Shown: positions 12,201 through 25,900 of the stretch, piece by piece | Layout: each line of letters begins with the position of its first letter | How positions within the stretch are numbered: the stretch's first letter is position 1 | Assembly: GCF_009914755.1 (NCBI RefSeq) | Contig: NC_060939.1 | DNA from: the human T2T-CHM13v2.0 reference genome, Homo sapiens | Direction: 5' to 3' (one strand) | Length of the DNA stretch: 64,000 nucleotides | Notes under the pieces: model-generated | The model's database searches: none | Told to the model about the DNA's origin: nothing | Seen by the model: the letters and a program-made list of their open reading frames with translations, nothing else | Position numbers and translations under genes: made by a program

Positions 12201-13726
12201 TTCCAATCCATTCGATTCCATTCCATTCGATTCCATTCCATACTATTGCATTCCATTCGATTACATTATATTCGAATAAGTTCCATTCAAGACCATTTCT
12301 TTTGAGTCCATTCTATTTGAGTCCATTCCCTTTGATTCCATAACATTTGAGTCCATTCAATTCCATTCCTTTCGTTTCCATTCCATTTGATGCCATTCCA
12401 TTCAATTCTGTTCTACTCGACTCCAATACATTCAATTCCATTCCATCCGATTCCATTACATTCTTTTCATTTCTTATCCATTTCAAGCCATTCCACTCCA
12501 TTCCATTCCACTCGTTTCCTTTCCATTCGAGTCCATTCCTCTCCAGTCCATTCCGTTCAATCCATTCCATTCCAGTCCATTCCATTCGAGTCCGTTCCAT
12601 TCCAGTCCATTCCATTCGAGTCAATTCCATCCCATTCGATGTCTTTCCATAACGATCCATTCCATTCTATTCCTTTCGATTCCATTCCATTCTATTTCAT
12701 TCCATTCGATTCCCTTCCATTGGACTCCTTTCCATTCGAGTGCATTCCATTCCGTTCCATTTCTTTCCGTTCTGTACGATTCCTACCGTTCGATTTCATT
12801 TTCTTCCAGTCCATTCTTTCGCGTCCATTCCATTCCATTTCACTCCATTCGATTCCATTCCACTCGATTCCACTTCGTTCCATTTCATTGCATTCCATTC
12901 TATTCAACTCTATTGCCTTCCATTCCATTCCATTCGATTACATTTCTTGCGATTCCATTTGAAATCAAATCAATTACATTGCAATCCATTACTATTGAGT
13001 CCGTTTTATTCCAGTCCACTGCATTCTGGTCCATTCCATTTGATTCCATTCCATTCTATTCCATTCCATACAGTTGCATTCCATTGGATTCCATGCTATA
13101 TCTATAAATTCAATTCGAGACCATTGCTTTTGAGTCCATTCTATATGATTCCATTCCATTCAAGTCCATTACATTTGGTTAAATTCCATTCCATTCGGTT
13201 CAATTCCATTCCATTCCATTCCCTTCCATTCCATTCCAGTTGATATCAATCCATTCGATTCCATTCCATTCGAGCACATTCCATTCGAGTCCATTCCATT
13301 CGATGCCATTCCATTTGATTCTATTCCATTAGTCTCCATTCAATTCCATTAATCTCCATTCCATTCCATTCTACTCCAACTGATTCCATTCCATTCTATT
13401 CCTTTCCATTCCATTTCATTCCATTCCATTCCATTCCATTCCATTCCATTCCATTCGTGTCCATTCCACTCCAGTCCATTCCATTCGTATCCATTCCATT
13501 CCAGTCCATTCCATTTGTGTCCACTGCATTCCATTCCACTCCATTCCATATTATTCCATTACACTCCATTCCATTCTATTACTTTCATTTCCATTCAATT
13601 CCATTCCATTTGATTCCATTCCACTCGGTTTCATTCCATTTGAGTCCACTCCATTCCATTCCATTCCATTCAGTTCCATTCCATTCTGTTCCATTCCATT
13701 CCGTTCCATTACATTCCATTCCATTC

Positions 13727-15529
13727 GGTACCATTCCATATTGTTCCATTCGATTCCATTCGAATCCATTCCATTCCAGTCCATTCCATTCGATTCCATT
13801 CCATTCATTTCAATTCCATTCCATTCCATTCCATTACATTCCACTTGATTCCTCTCCATTCCCTTCCACTGCATTCCGTTCGATTCCATTCCATTGCATT
13901 GCATTCCATTCCATTGGATTGCATTCCATTCGATTCCATTCCATTCGAATCAATTACATAGCAATCCATTACATTCGAGTCTATTCTCTTCCGTTCCATT
14001 CGATTTCGTTCCAATCCATTCGATTCCATTCCATTCGATTCCATTCCATACTATTGCATTCCATTCGATTACATTATATTCGAATAAGTTCCATTCAAGA
14101 CCATTTCTTTTGAGTCCATTCTATTTGAGTCCATTCCCTTTGATTCCATAACATTTGAGTCCATTCAATTCCATTCCTTTCGTTTCCATTCCATTTGATG
14201 CCATTCCATTCAATTCTGTTCTACTCGACTCCAATACATTCAATTCCATTCCATCCGATTCCATTACATTCTTTTCATTTCTTATCCATTTCAAGCCATT
14301 CCACTCCATTCCATTCCACTCGTTTCCTTTCCATTCGAGTCCATTCCTCTCCAGTCCATTCCGTTCAATCCATTCCATTCCAGTCCATTCCATTCGAGTC
14401 CGTTCCATTCCAGTCCATTCCATTCGAGTCAATTCCATTCCATTCGATGTCTTTCCATAACGATCCATTCCATTCTATTCCTTTCGATTCCATTCCATTC
14501 TATTTCATTCCATTCGATTCCCTTCCATTGGACTCCTTTCCATTCGAGTGCATTCCATTCCGTTCCATTTCTTTCCGTTCTGTACGATTCCTACCGTTCG
14601 ATTTCATTTTCTTCCAGTCCATTCTTTCGCGTCCATTCCATTCCATTTCACTCCATTCGATTCCATTCCACTCGATTCCACTTCGTTCCATTTCATTGCA
14701 TTCCATTCTATTCAACTCTATTGCCTTCCATTCCATTCCATTCGATTACATTCCATGCGATTCCATTCGAAATCGAATCAATTACATTGCAATCCATTAC
14801 TATTGAGTCCGTTTTATTCCAGTCCACTGCATTCTGGTCCATTCCATTTGATTCCATTCCATTCTATTCCATTCCATACAGTTGCATTCCATTGGATTCC
14901 ATGCTATATCTATAAATTCAATTCGAGACCATTGCTTTTGAGTCCATTCTATATGATTCCATTCCATTCAAGTCCATTACATTTGGTTAAATTCCATTCC
15001 ATTCGGTTCAATTCCATTCCATTCCATTCCCTTCCATTCCATTCCAGTTGATATCAATCCATTCGATTCCATTCCATTCGAGCACATTCCATTCGAGTCC
15101 ATTCCATTCGATGCCATTCCATTTGATTCTATTCCATTAGTCTCCATTCAATTCCATTAATCTCCATTCCATTCCATTCTACTCCAACTGATTCCATTCC
15201 ATTCTATTCCTTTTTATTCCATTTCATTCCATTCCATTCCATTCCATTCCATTCCATTCGTGTCCATTCCACTCCAGTCCATTCCATTCGTATCCATTCC
15301 ATTCCAGTCCATTCCATTTGTGTCCACTGCATTCCATTCCACTCCATTCCATATTATTCCATTACACTCCATTCCATTCTATTACTTTCATTTCCATTCA
15401 ATTCCATTCCATTTGATTCCACTCCACTCGGTTTCATTCCATTTGAGTCCACTCCATTCCATTCCATTCCATTCAGTTCCATTCCATTCTGTTCCATTCC
15501 ATTCCGTTCCATTACATTCCATTCCATTC
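13727..15529 (+). repeat. Representative ~1.8 kb higher-order unit (KpnI to KpnI, 1803 bp); probably the D15Z1/HSat3A5-type repeat of chr15p
   Basis: GGTACC at 13727 and 15530. A near-identical landmark (left end of the '115 aa' minus-strand ORF) recurs 35 times from 1340 to 62693 at spacings of 1754-1818 bp, and twice at 2047 bp. A 1.8-kb KpnI Sat III unit is the established signature of D15Z1. The chromosome assignment is inference. Confidence 0.75.
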
Positions 15530-16439
15530 GGTACCATTCCATATTGTTCCATTCGATTCCATTCGAATCCATTCCATTCCAGTCCATTCCATTCGATTCC
15601 ATTCCATTCATTTCAATTCCATTCCATTCCATTCCATTACATTCCACTTGATTCCTCTCCATTCCCTTCCACTGCATTCCGTTCGATTCCATTCCATTGC
15701 ATTGCATTCCATTCCATTGGATTGCATTCCATTCGATTCCATTCCATTCGAATCAATTACATAGCAATCCATTACATTCGAGTCTATTCTCTTCCGTTCC
15801 ATTCGATTTCGTTCCAATCCATTCGATTCCATTCCATTCGATTCCATTCCATACTATTGCATTCCATTCGATTACATTATATTCGAATAAGTTCCATTCA
15901 AGACCATTTCTTTTGAGTCCATTCTATTTGAGTCCATTCCCTTTGATTCCATAACATTTGAGTCCATTCAATTCCATTCCTTTCGTTTCCATTCCATTTG
16001 ATGCCATTCCATTCAATTCTGTTCTACTCGACTCCAATACATTCAATTCCATTCCATCCGATTCCATTACATTCTTTTCATTTCTTATCCATTTCAAGCC
16101 ATTCCACTCCATTCCATTCCACTCGTTTCCTTTCCATTCGAGTCCATTCCTCTCCAGTCCATTCCGTTCAATCCATTCCATTCCAGTCCATTCCATTCGA
16201 GTCCGTTCCATTCCAGTCCATTCCATTCGAGTCAATTCCATTCCATTCGATGTCTTTCCATAACGATCCATTCCATTCTATTCCTTTCGATTCCATTCTA
16301 TTCTATTTCATTCCATTCGATTCCCTTCCATTGGACTCCTTTCCATTCGAGTGCATTCCATTCCGTTCCATTTCTTTCCGTTCTGTACGATTCCTACCGT
16401 TCGATTTCATTTTGTTCCAGTCCATTCTTTCGCGTCCAT

Positions 16440-19400
16440 TCATTCCATTTCACTCCATTCGATTCCATTCCACTCGATTCCACTTCGTTCCATTTCATTG
16501 CATTCCATTCTATTCAACTCTATTGCCTTCCATTCCATTCCATTCGATTACATTCCATGCGATTCCATTCGAAATCGAATCAATTACATTGCAATCCATT
16601 ACTATTGAGTCCGATTTATTCCAGTCCACTGCATTCTGGTCCATTCCATTTGATTCCATTCCATTCTATTCCATTCCATACAGTTGCATTCCATTGGATT
16701 CCATGCTATATCTATAAATTCAATTCGAGACCATTGCTTTTGAGTCCATTCTATATGATTCCATTCCATTCAAGTCCATTACATTTGGTTCAATTCCATT
16801 CCATTCCATTCCCTTTCATTCCATTCAATTTGATATCAATCCATTCGATTCCATTCCATTCGAGCACATTCCATTCGAGTCCATTCCATTCGATGCCATT
16901 CCATTTGATTCTATTCCATTAGTCTCCATTCAATTCCATTAATCTCCATTCCATTCCATTCTACTCCAACTGATTCCATTCCATTCTATTCCTTTCCATT
17001 CCATTTCATTCCATTCCATTCCATTTCATTCCATTCCATTCCATTCGTGTCCATTCCACTCCAGTCCATTCCATTCGTGTCCATTCCATTCCAGTCCATT
17101 CCATTTGTGTCCACTGCATTCCATTCCACTCCATTCCATATTATTCCATTACACTCCATTCCATTCTATTACTTTCATTTCCATTCAATTCCATTCCATT
17201 TGATTCCATTCCACTCGGTTTCATTCCATTTGAGTCCACTCCATTCCATTCCATTAAATTCCATTCAGTTCCATTCCATTCCGTTCCATTCCATTCCATT
17301 CCATTCCTGTCCATTCCACTCCAGTCCATTCCATTCGTATCCATTCCATTCCAGTCCATTCCATTTGTGTCCACTGCATTCCATTCCACTCCATTCCATA
17401 TTATTCCATTACACTCCATTCCATTCTATTACTTTCATTTCCATTCAATTCCATTCCATTTGATTCCATTCCACTCGGTTTCATTCCATTTGAGTCCACT
17501 CCATTCCATTCCATTCCATTCAGTTCCATTCCATTCTGTTCCATTCCATTCCGTTCCATTACATTCCATTCCATTCGGTACCATTCCATATTGTTCCATT
17601 CGATTCCATTCGAATCCATTCCATTCCAGTCCATTCCATTCGATTCCATTCCATTCATTTCAATTCCATTCCATTCCATTCCATTACATTCCACTTGATT
17701 CCTCTCCATTCCCTTCCACTGCATTCCGTTCGATTCCATTCCATTGCATTGCATTCCATTCCATTGGATTGCATTCCATTCGATTCCATTCCATTCGTAT
17801 CAATTACATAGCAATCCATTACATTCGAGTCTATTCTCTTCCGTTCCATTCGATTTCGTTCCAATCCATTCGATTCCATTCCATTCGATTCCATTCCATA
17901 CTATTGCATTCCATTCGATTACATTATATTCGAATAAGTTCCATTCAAGACCATTTCTTTTGAGTCCATTCTATTTGAGTCCATTCCCTTTGATTCCATA
18001 ACATTTGAGTCCATTCAATTCCATTCCTTTCGTTTCCATTCCATTTGATGCCATTCCATTCAATTCTGTTCTACTCGACTCCAATACATTCAATTCCATT
18101 CCATCCGATTCCATTACATTCTTTTCATTTCTTTTCCATTTCAAGCCATTCCACTCCATTCCATTCCACTCGTTTCCTTTCCATTCGAGTCCATTCCTCT
18201 CCAGTCCATTCCGTTCAATCCATTCCATTCCAGTCCATTCCATTCGAGTCCGTTCCATTCCAGTCCATTCCATTCGAGTCAATTCCATTCCATTCGATGT
18301 CTTTCCATAACGATCCATTCCATTCTATTCCTTTCGATTCCATTCCATTCTATTTCATTCCATTCGATTCCCTTCCATTGGACTCCTTTCCATTCGAGTG
18401 CATTCCATTCCGTTCCATTTCTTTCCGTTCTGTACGATTCCTACCGTTCGATTTCATTTTGTTCCAGTCCATTCTTTCGCGTCCATTCATTCCATTTCAC
18501 TCCATTCGATTCCATTCCACTCGATTCCACTTCGTTCCATTTCATTGCATTCCATTCTATTCAACTCTATTGCCTTCCATTCCATTCCATTCGATTACAT
18601 TCCATGCGATTCCATTCGAAATCGAATCAATTACATTGCAATCCATTACTATTGAGTCCGATTTATTCCAGTCCACTGCATTCTGGTCCATTCCATTTGA
18701 TTCCATTCCATTCTATTCCATTCCATACAGTTGCATTCCATTGGATTCCATGCTATATCTATAAATTCAATTCGAGACCATTGCTTTTGAGTCCATTCTA
18801 TATGATTCCATTCCATTCAAGTCCATTACATTTGGTTCAATTCCATTCCATTCCATTCCCTTCCATTCCATTCCATTTGATATCAATCCATTCGATTCCA
18901 TTCCATTCGAGCACATTCCATTCGAGTCCATTCCATTCGATGCCATTCCATTTGATTCTATTCCATTAGTCTCCATTCAATTCCATTAATCTCCATTCCA
19001 TTCCATTCTACTCCAACTGATTCCATTCCATTCTATTCCTTTCCATTCCATTTCATTCCATTCCATTTCATTCCATTCCATTCCATTCGTGTCCATTCCA
19101 CTCCAGTCCATTCCATTCGTGTCCATTCCATTCCAGTCCATTCCATTTGTGTCCACTGCATTCCATTCCACTCCATTCCATATTATTCCATTACACTCCA
19201 TTCCATTCTATTACTTTCATTTCCATTCAATTCCATTCCATTTGATTCCATTCCACTCGGTTTCATTCCATTTGAGTCCACTCCATTCCATTCCATTAAA
19301 TTCCATTCAGTTCCATTCCATTCCGTTCCATTACATTCCATTCCATTCGGTACCATTCCATATTGTTCCATTCGATTCCATTCGAATCCATTCCATTCCA

Positions 19401-19990
19401 GTCCATTCCATTCGATTCCATTCCATTCATTTCAATTCCATTCCATTCCATTCCATTACATTCCACTTGATTCCTCTCCATTCCCTTCCACTGCATTCCG
19501 TTCGATTCCATTCCATTGCATTGCATTCCATTCCATTGGATTGCATTCCATTCGATTCCATTCCATTCGAATCAATTACATAGCAATCCATTACATTCGA
19601 GTCTATTCTCTTCCGTTCCATTCGATTTCGTTCCAATCCATTCGATTCCATTCCATTCGATTCCATTCCATACTATTGCATTCCATTCGATTACATTATA
19701 TTCGAATAAGTTCCATTCAAGACCATTTCTTTTGAGTCCATTCTATTTGAGTCCATTCCCTTTGATTCCATAACATTTGAGTCCATTCAATTCCATTCCT
19801 TTCGTTTCCATTCCATTTGATGCCATTCCATTCAATTCTGTTCTACTCGACTCCAATACATTCAATTCCATTCCATCCGATTCCATTACATTCTTTTCAT
19901 TTCTTATCCATTTCAAGCCATTCCACTCCATTCCATTCCACTCGTTTCCTTTCCATTCGAGTCCATTCCTCTCCAGTCCATTCCGTTCAA
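16440..19990 (+). repeat. ~3.6 kb two-unit block (2047+1772 bp) duplicating ~1856-5406 at offset 14,584
   Basis: Shared rare variants: tcaatttgat (2241/16825), tttcttttcc (~3544/18128), cgtatcaattac, and the 260-bp duplication. ORF-track coordinates differ by exactly 14,584. Confidence 0.85.
17042..17561 (+). repeat. ~260-bp internal tandem duplication in a 2047-bp unit (copy 3)
   Basis: Same structure as 2458-2977, shifted by +14584. Confidence 0.93.
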
Positions 19991-22900
19991 TCCATTCCAT
20001 TCCATTCCATTCCATTCGAGTCCGTTCCATTCCAGTCCATTCCATTCGAGTCAATTCCATTCCATTCGATGTCTTTCCATAACGATCCATTCCATTCTAT
20101 TCCTTTCGATTCCATTCCATTCTATTTCATTCCATTCGATTCCCTTCCATTGGACTCCTTTCCATTCGAGTGCATTCCATTCCGTTCCATTTCTTTCCGT
20201 TCTGTACGATTCCTACCGTTCGATTTCATTTTGTTCCAGTCCATTCTTTCGCGTCCATTCCATTCCATTTCACTCCATTCGATTCCATTCCACTCGATTC
20301 CACTTCGTTCCATTTCATTGCATTCCATTCTATTCAACTCTATTGCCTTCCATTCCATTCCATTCGATTACATTCCATGCGATTCCATTCGAAATCGAAT
20401 CAATTACATTGCAATCCATTACTATTGAGTCCGTTTTATTCCAGTCCACTGCATTCTGGTCCATTCCATTTGATTCCATTCCATTCTATTCCATTCCATA
20501 CAGTTGCATTCCATTGGATTCCATGCTATATCTATAAATTCAATTCGAGACCATTGCTTTTGAGTCCATTCTATATGATTCCATTCCATTCAAGTCCATT
20601 ACATTTGGTTAAATTCCATTCCATTCGGTTCAATTCCATTCCATTCCATTCCCTTCCATTCCATTCCAGTTGATATCAATCCATTCGATTCCATTCCATT
20701 CGAGCACATTCCATTCGAGTCCATTCCATTCGATGCCATTCCATTTGATTCTATTCCATTAGTCTCCATTCAATTCCATTAATCTCCATTCCATTCCATT
20801 CTACTCCAACTGATTCCATTCCATTCTATTCCTTTCCATTCCATTTCATTCCATTCCATTCCATTCCATTCCATTCCATTCGTGTCCATTCCACTCCAGT
20901 CCATTCCATTCGTATCCATTCCATTCCAGTCCATTCCATTTGTGTCCACTGCATTCCATTCCACTCCATTCCATATTATTCCATTACACTCCATTCCATT
21001 CTATTACTTTCATTTCCATTCAATTCCATTCCATTTGATTCCATTCCACTCGGTTTCATTCCATTTGAGTCCACTCCATTCCATTCCATTCCATTCAGTT
21101 CCATTCCATTCTGTTCCATTCCATTCCGTTCCATTACATTCCATTCCATTCGGTACCATTCCATATTGTTCCATTCGATTCCATTCGAATCCATTCCATT
21201 CCAGTCCATTCCATTCGATTCCATTCCATTCATTTCAATTCCATTCCATTCCATTACATTACATTCCACTTGATTCCTCTCCATTCCCTTCCACTGCATT
21301 CCATTCGATTCCATTCCATTGCATTGCATTCCATTCCATTGGATTGCATTCCATTCGATTCCATTCCATTCGAATCAATTACATAGCAATCCATTACATT
21401 CGAGTCTATTCTCTTCCATTCCATTCGATTTCGTTCCAATCCATTCGATTCCATTCCATTCGATTCCATTCCATACTATTGCATTCCATTCGATTACATT
21501 ATATTCGAATAAGTTCCATTCAAGACCATTTCTTTTGAGTCCATTCTATTTGAGTCCATTCCCTTTGATTCCATAACATTTGAGTCCATTCAATTCCATT
21601 CCTTTCGTTTCCATTCCATTTGATGCCATTCCATTCAATTCTGTTCTACTCGACTCCAATACATTCAATTCCATTCCATCCGATTCCATTACATTCTTTT
21701 CATTTCTTATCCATTTCAAGCCATTCCACTCCATTCCATTCCACTCGTTTCCTTTCCATTCGAGTCCATTCCTCTCCAGTCCATTCCGTTCAATCCATTC
21801 CATTCCAGTCCATTCCATTCGAGTCCGTTCCATTCCAGTCCATTCCATTCGAGTCAATTCCATTCCATTCGATGTCTTTCCATAACGATCCATTCCATTC
21901 TATTCCTTTCGATTCCATTCCATTCTATTTCATTCCATTCGATTCCCTTCCATTGGACTCCTTTCCATTCGAGTGCATTCCATTCCGTTCCATTTCTTTC
22001 CGTTCTGTACGATTCCTACCGTTCGATTTCATTTTGTTCCAGTCCATTCTTTCGCGTCCATTCATTCCATTTCACTCCATTCGATTCCATTCCACTCGAT
22101 TCCACTTCGTTCCATTTCATTGCATTCCATTCTATTCAACTCTATTGCCTTCCATTCCATTCCATTCGATTACATTCCATGCGATTCCATTCGAAATCGA
22201 ATCAATTACATTGCAATCCATTACTATTGAGTCCGATTTATTCCAGTCCACTGCATTCTGGTCCATTCCATTTGATTCCATTCCATTCTATTCCATTCCA
22301 TACAGTTGCATTCCATTGGATTCCATGCTATATCTATAAATTCAATTCGAGACCATTGCTTTTGAGTCCATTCTATATGATTCCATTCCATTCAAGTCCA
22401 TTACATTTGGTTCAATTCCATTCCATTCCATTCCCTTCCATTCCATTCCATTTGATATCAATCCATTCGATTCCATTCCATTCGAGCACATTCCATTCGA
22501 GTCCATTCCATTCGATGCCATTCCATTTGATTCTATTCCATTAGTCTCCATTCAATTCCATTAATCTCCATTCCATTCCATTCTACTCCAACTGATTCCA
22601 TTCCATTCTATTCCTTTCCATTCCATTTCATTCCATTCCATTCCATTTCATTCCATTCCATTCCATTCGTGTCCATTCCACTCCAGTCCATTCCATTCGT
22701 GTCCATTCCATTCCAGTCCATTCCATTTGTGTCCACTGCATTCCATTCCACTCCATTCCATATTATTCCATTACACTCCATTCCATTCTACTACTTTCAT
22801 TTCCATTCAATTCCATTCCATTTGATTTCATTCCACTCGGTTTCATTCCATTTGAGTCCACTCCATTCCATTCCATTAAATTCCATTCAGTTCCATTCCA

Positions 22901-25900
22901 TTCCGTTCCATTCCATTCCATTCCATTCGGTACCATTCCATATTGTTCCATTCGATTCCATTCGAATCCATTCCATTCCAGTCCATTCCATTCGATTCCA
23001 TTCCATTCATTTCAATTCCATTCCATTCCATTCCATTACATTCCACTTGATTCCTCTCCATTCCCTTCCACTGCATTCCGTTCGATTCCATTCCATTGCA
23101 TTGCATTCCATTCCGTTGGATTGCATTCCATTCGATTCCATTCCATTCGAATCAATTACATAGCAATCCATTACATTCGAGTCTATTCTCTTCCATTCCA
23201 TTCGATTTCGTTCCAATCCATTCGATTCCATTCCATTCGATTCCATTCCATACTATTGCATTCCATTCGATTACATTATATTCGAATAAGTTCCATTCAA
23301 GACCATTTCTTTTGAGTCCATTCTATTTGAGTCCATTCCCTTTGATTCCATAACATTTGAGTCCATTCAATTCCATTCCTTTCGTTTCCATTCCATTTGA
23401 TGCCATTCCATTCAATTCTGTTCTACTCGACTCCAATACATTCAATTCCATTCCATCCGATTCCATTACATTCTTTTCATTTCTTATCCATTTCAAGCCA
23501 TTCCACTCCATTCCATTCCACTCGTTTCCTTTCCATTCGAGTCCATTCCTCTCCAGTCCATTCCGTTCAATCCATTCCATTCCAGTCCATTCCATTCGAG
23601 TCCGTTCCATTCCAGTCCATTCCATTCGAGTCAATTCCATTCCATTCGATGTCTTTCCATAACGATCCATTCCATTCTATTCCTTTCGATTCCATTCCAT
23701 TCTATTTCATTCCATTCGATTCCCTTCCATTGGACTCCTTTCCATTCGAGTGCATTCCATTCCGTTCCATTTCTTTCCGTTCTGTACGATTCCTACCGTT
23801 CGATTTCATTTTGTTCCAGTCCATTCCTTTCGCGTCCATTCCATTCCATTTCACTCCATTCGATTCCATTCCACTCGATTCCACTTCGTTCCATTTCATT
23901 GCATTCAATTCTATTCAACTCTATTGCCTTCCATTCCATTCCATTCGATTACATTCCATGCGATTCCATTCGAAATCGAATCAATTACATTGCAAACCAT
24001 TACTATTGAGTCCGATTTATTCCAGTCCACTGCATTCTGGTCCATTCCATTTGATTCCATTCCATTCTATTCCATTCCATACAGTTTCATTCCATTGGAT
24101 TCCATGCTATATCTATAAATTCAATTCGAGACCATTGCTTTTGAGTCCATTCTATATGATTCCATTCCATTCAAGTCCATTACATTTGGTTCAATTCCAT
24201 TCCATTCCATTCCCTTTCATTCCATTCCATTTGATATCAATCCATTCGATTCCATTCCATTCGAGCACATTCCATTCGATGCCATTCCATTTGATTCTAT
24301 TCCATTAGTCTCCATTCAATTCCATTAATCTCCATTCCATTCCATTCTACTCCAACTGATTCCATTCCATTCTATTCCTTTCCATTCCATTTCATTCCAT
24401 TCCATTCCATTTCATTCCATTCCATTCCATTCGTGTCCATTCCACTCCAGTCCATTCCATTCGTGTCCATTCCATTCCAGTCCATTCCATTTGTGTCCAC
24501 TGCATTTCATTCCACTCCATTCCATATTATTCCATTACACTCCATTCCATTCTATTACTTTCATTTCCATTCAATTCCATTCCATTTGATTCCATTCCAC
24601 TCGGTTTCATTACATTTGAGTCCACTCCATTCCATTCCATTAAATTCCATTCAGTTCCATTCCATTCCGTTCCATTACATTCCATTCCATTCGATACCAT
24701 TCCATATTGTTCCATTCGATTCCATTCGAATCCATTCCATTCCAGTCCATTCCATTCGATTCCATTCCATTCATTTCAATTCCATTCCATTCCATTCCAT
24801 TCCATTCCACTTGATTCCTCTCCATTCCCTTCCACTGCATTCCGTTCGATTCCATTCCATTGCATTGCATTCCATTCCATTGGATTGCATTCCATTCGAT
24901 TCCATTCCATTCGAATCAATTACATAGCAATCCATTACATTCGAGTCTATTCTATTCCGATCCATTCGATTTCGTTCCAATCCATTGGATTCCATTCCAT
25001 TCGATTCCATTCCATACTATTGCATTCCATTCGATTACATTATATTCGAATAAGTTCCATTCAAGACCATTTCTTTTGAGTCCATTCTATTTGAGTCCAT
25101 TCCCTTTGATTCCATAACATTTGAGTCCATTCAATTCCATTCCTTTCGTTTCCATTCCATTTGATGCCATTCCATTCAATTCTGTTCTACTCGACTCCAA
25201 TACATTCAATTCCATTCCATCCGATTCCATTACATTCTTTTCATTTCTTATCCATTTCAAGCCATTCCACTCCATTCCATTCCACTCGTTTCCTTTCCAT
25301 TCGAGTCCATTCCTCTCCAGTCCATTCCGTTCAATCCATTCCATTCCAGTCCATTCCATTCGAGTCCGTTCCATTCCAGTCCATTCCATTCGAGTCAATT
25401 CCATCCCATTCGATGTCTTTCCATAACGATCCATTCCATTCTATTCCTTTCGATTCCATTCCATTCTATTTCATTCCATTCGATTCCCTTCCATTGGACT
25501 CCTTTCCATTCGAGTGCATTCCATTCCGTTCCATTTCTTTCCGTTCTGTACGATTCCTACCGTTCGATTTCATTTTGTTCCAGTCCATTCCTTTCGCGTC
25601 CATTCCATTCCATTTCACTCCATTCGATTCCATTCCACTCGATTCCACTTCGTTCCATTTCATTGCATTCCATTCTATTCAACTCTATTGTCTTCCATTC
25701 CATTCCATTCGATTACATTCCATGCGATTCCATTCGAAATCGAATCAATTACATTGCAATCCATTACTATTGAGTCCGTTTTATTCCAGTCCACTGCATT
25801 CTGGTCCATTCCATTTGATTCCATTCCATTCTATTCCATTCCATACAGTTGCATTCCATTGGATTCCATTGTATATCTATAAATTCAATTCGAGACCATT

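Larger units (their letters stand above)
5159..15923 (+). repeat. Six-unit super-repeat, 10,765 bp (units of 1803, 1818, 1779, 1754, 1808, 1803 bp), copy A
   Basis: The unit-length order and rare variants match 30452-41216 at offset 25,293: ttcatttggtt ~5641, catactgttg ~5913, aactcc ~7851, ctatattatacc ~8205. Confidence 0.88.
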
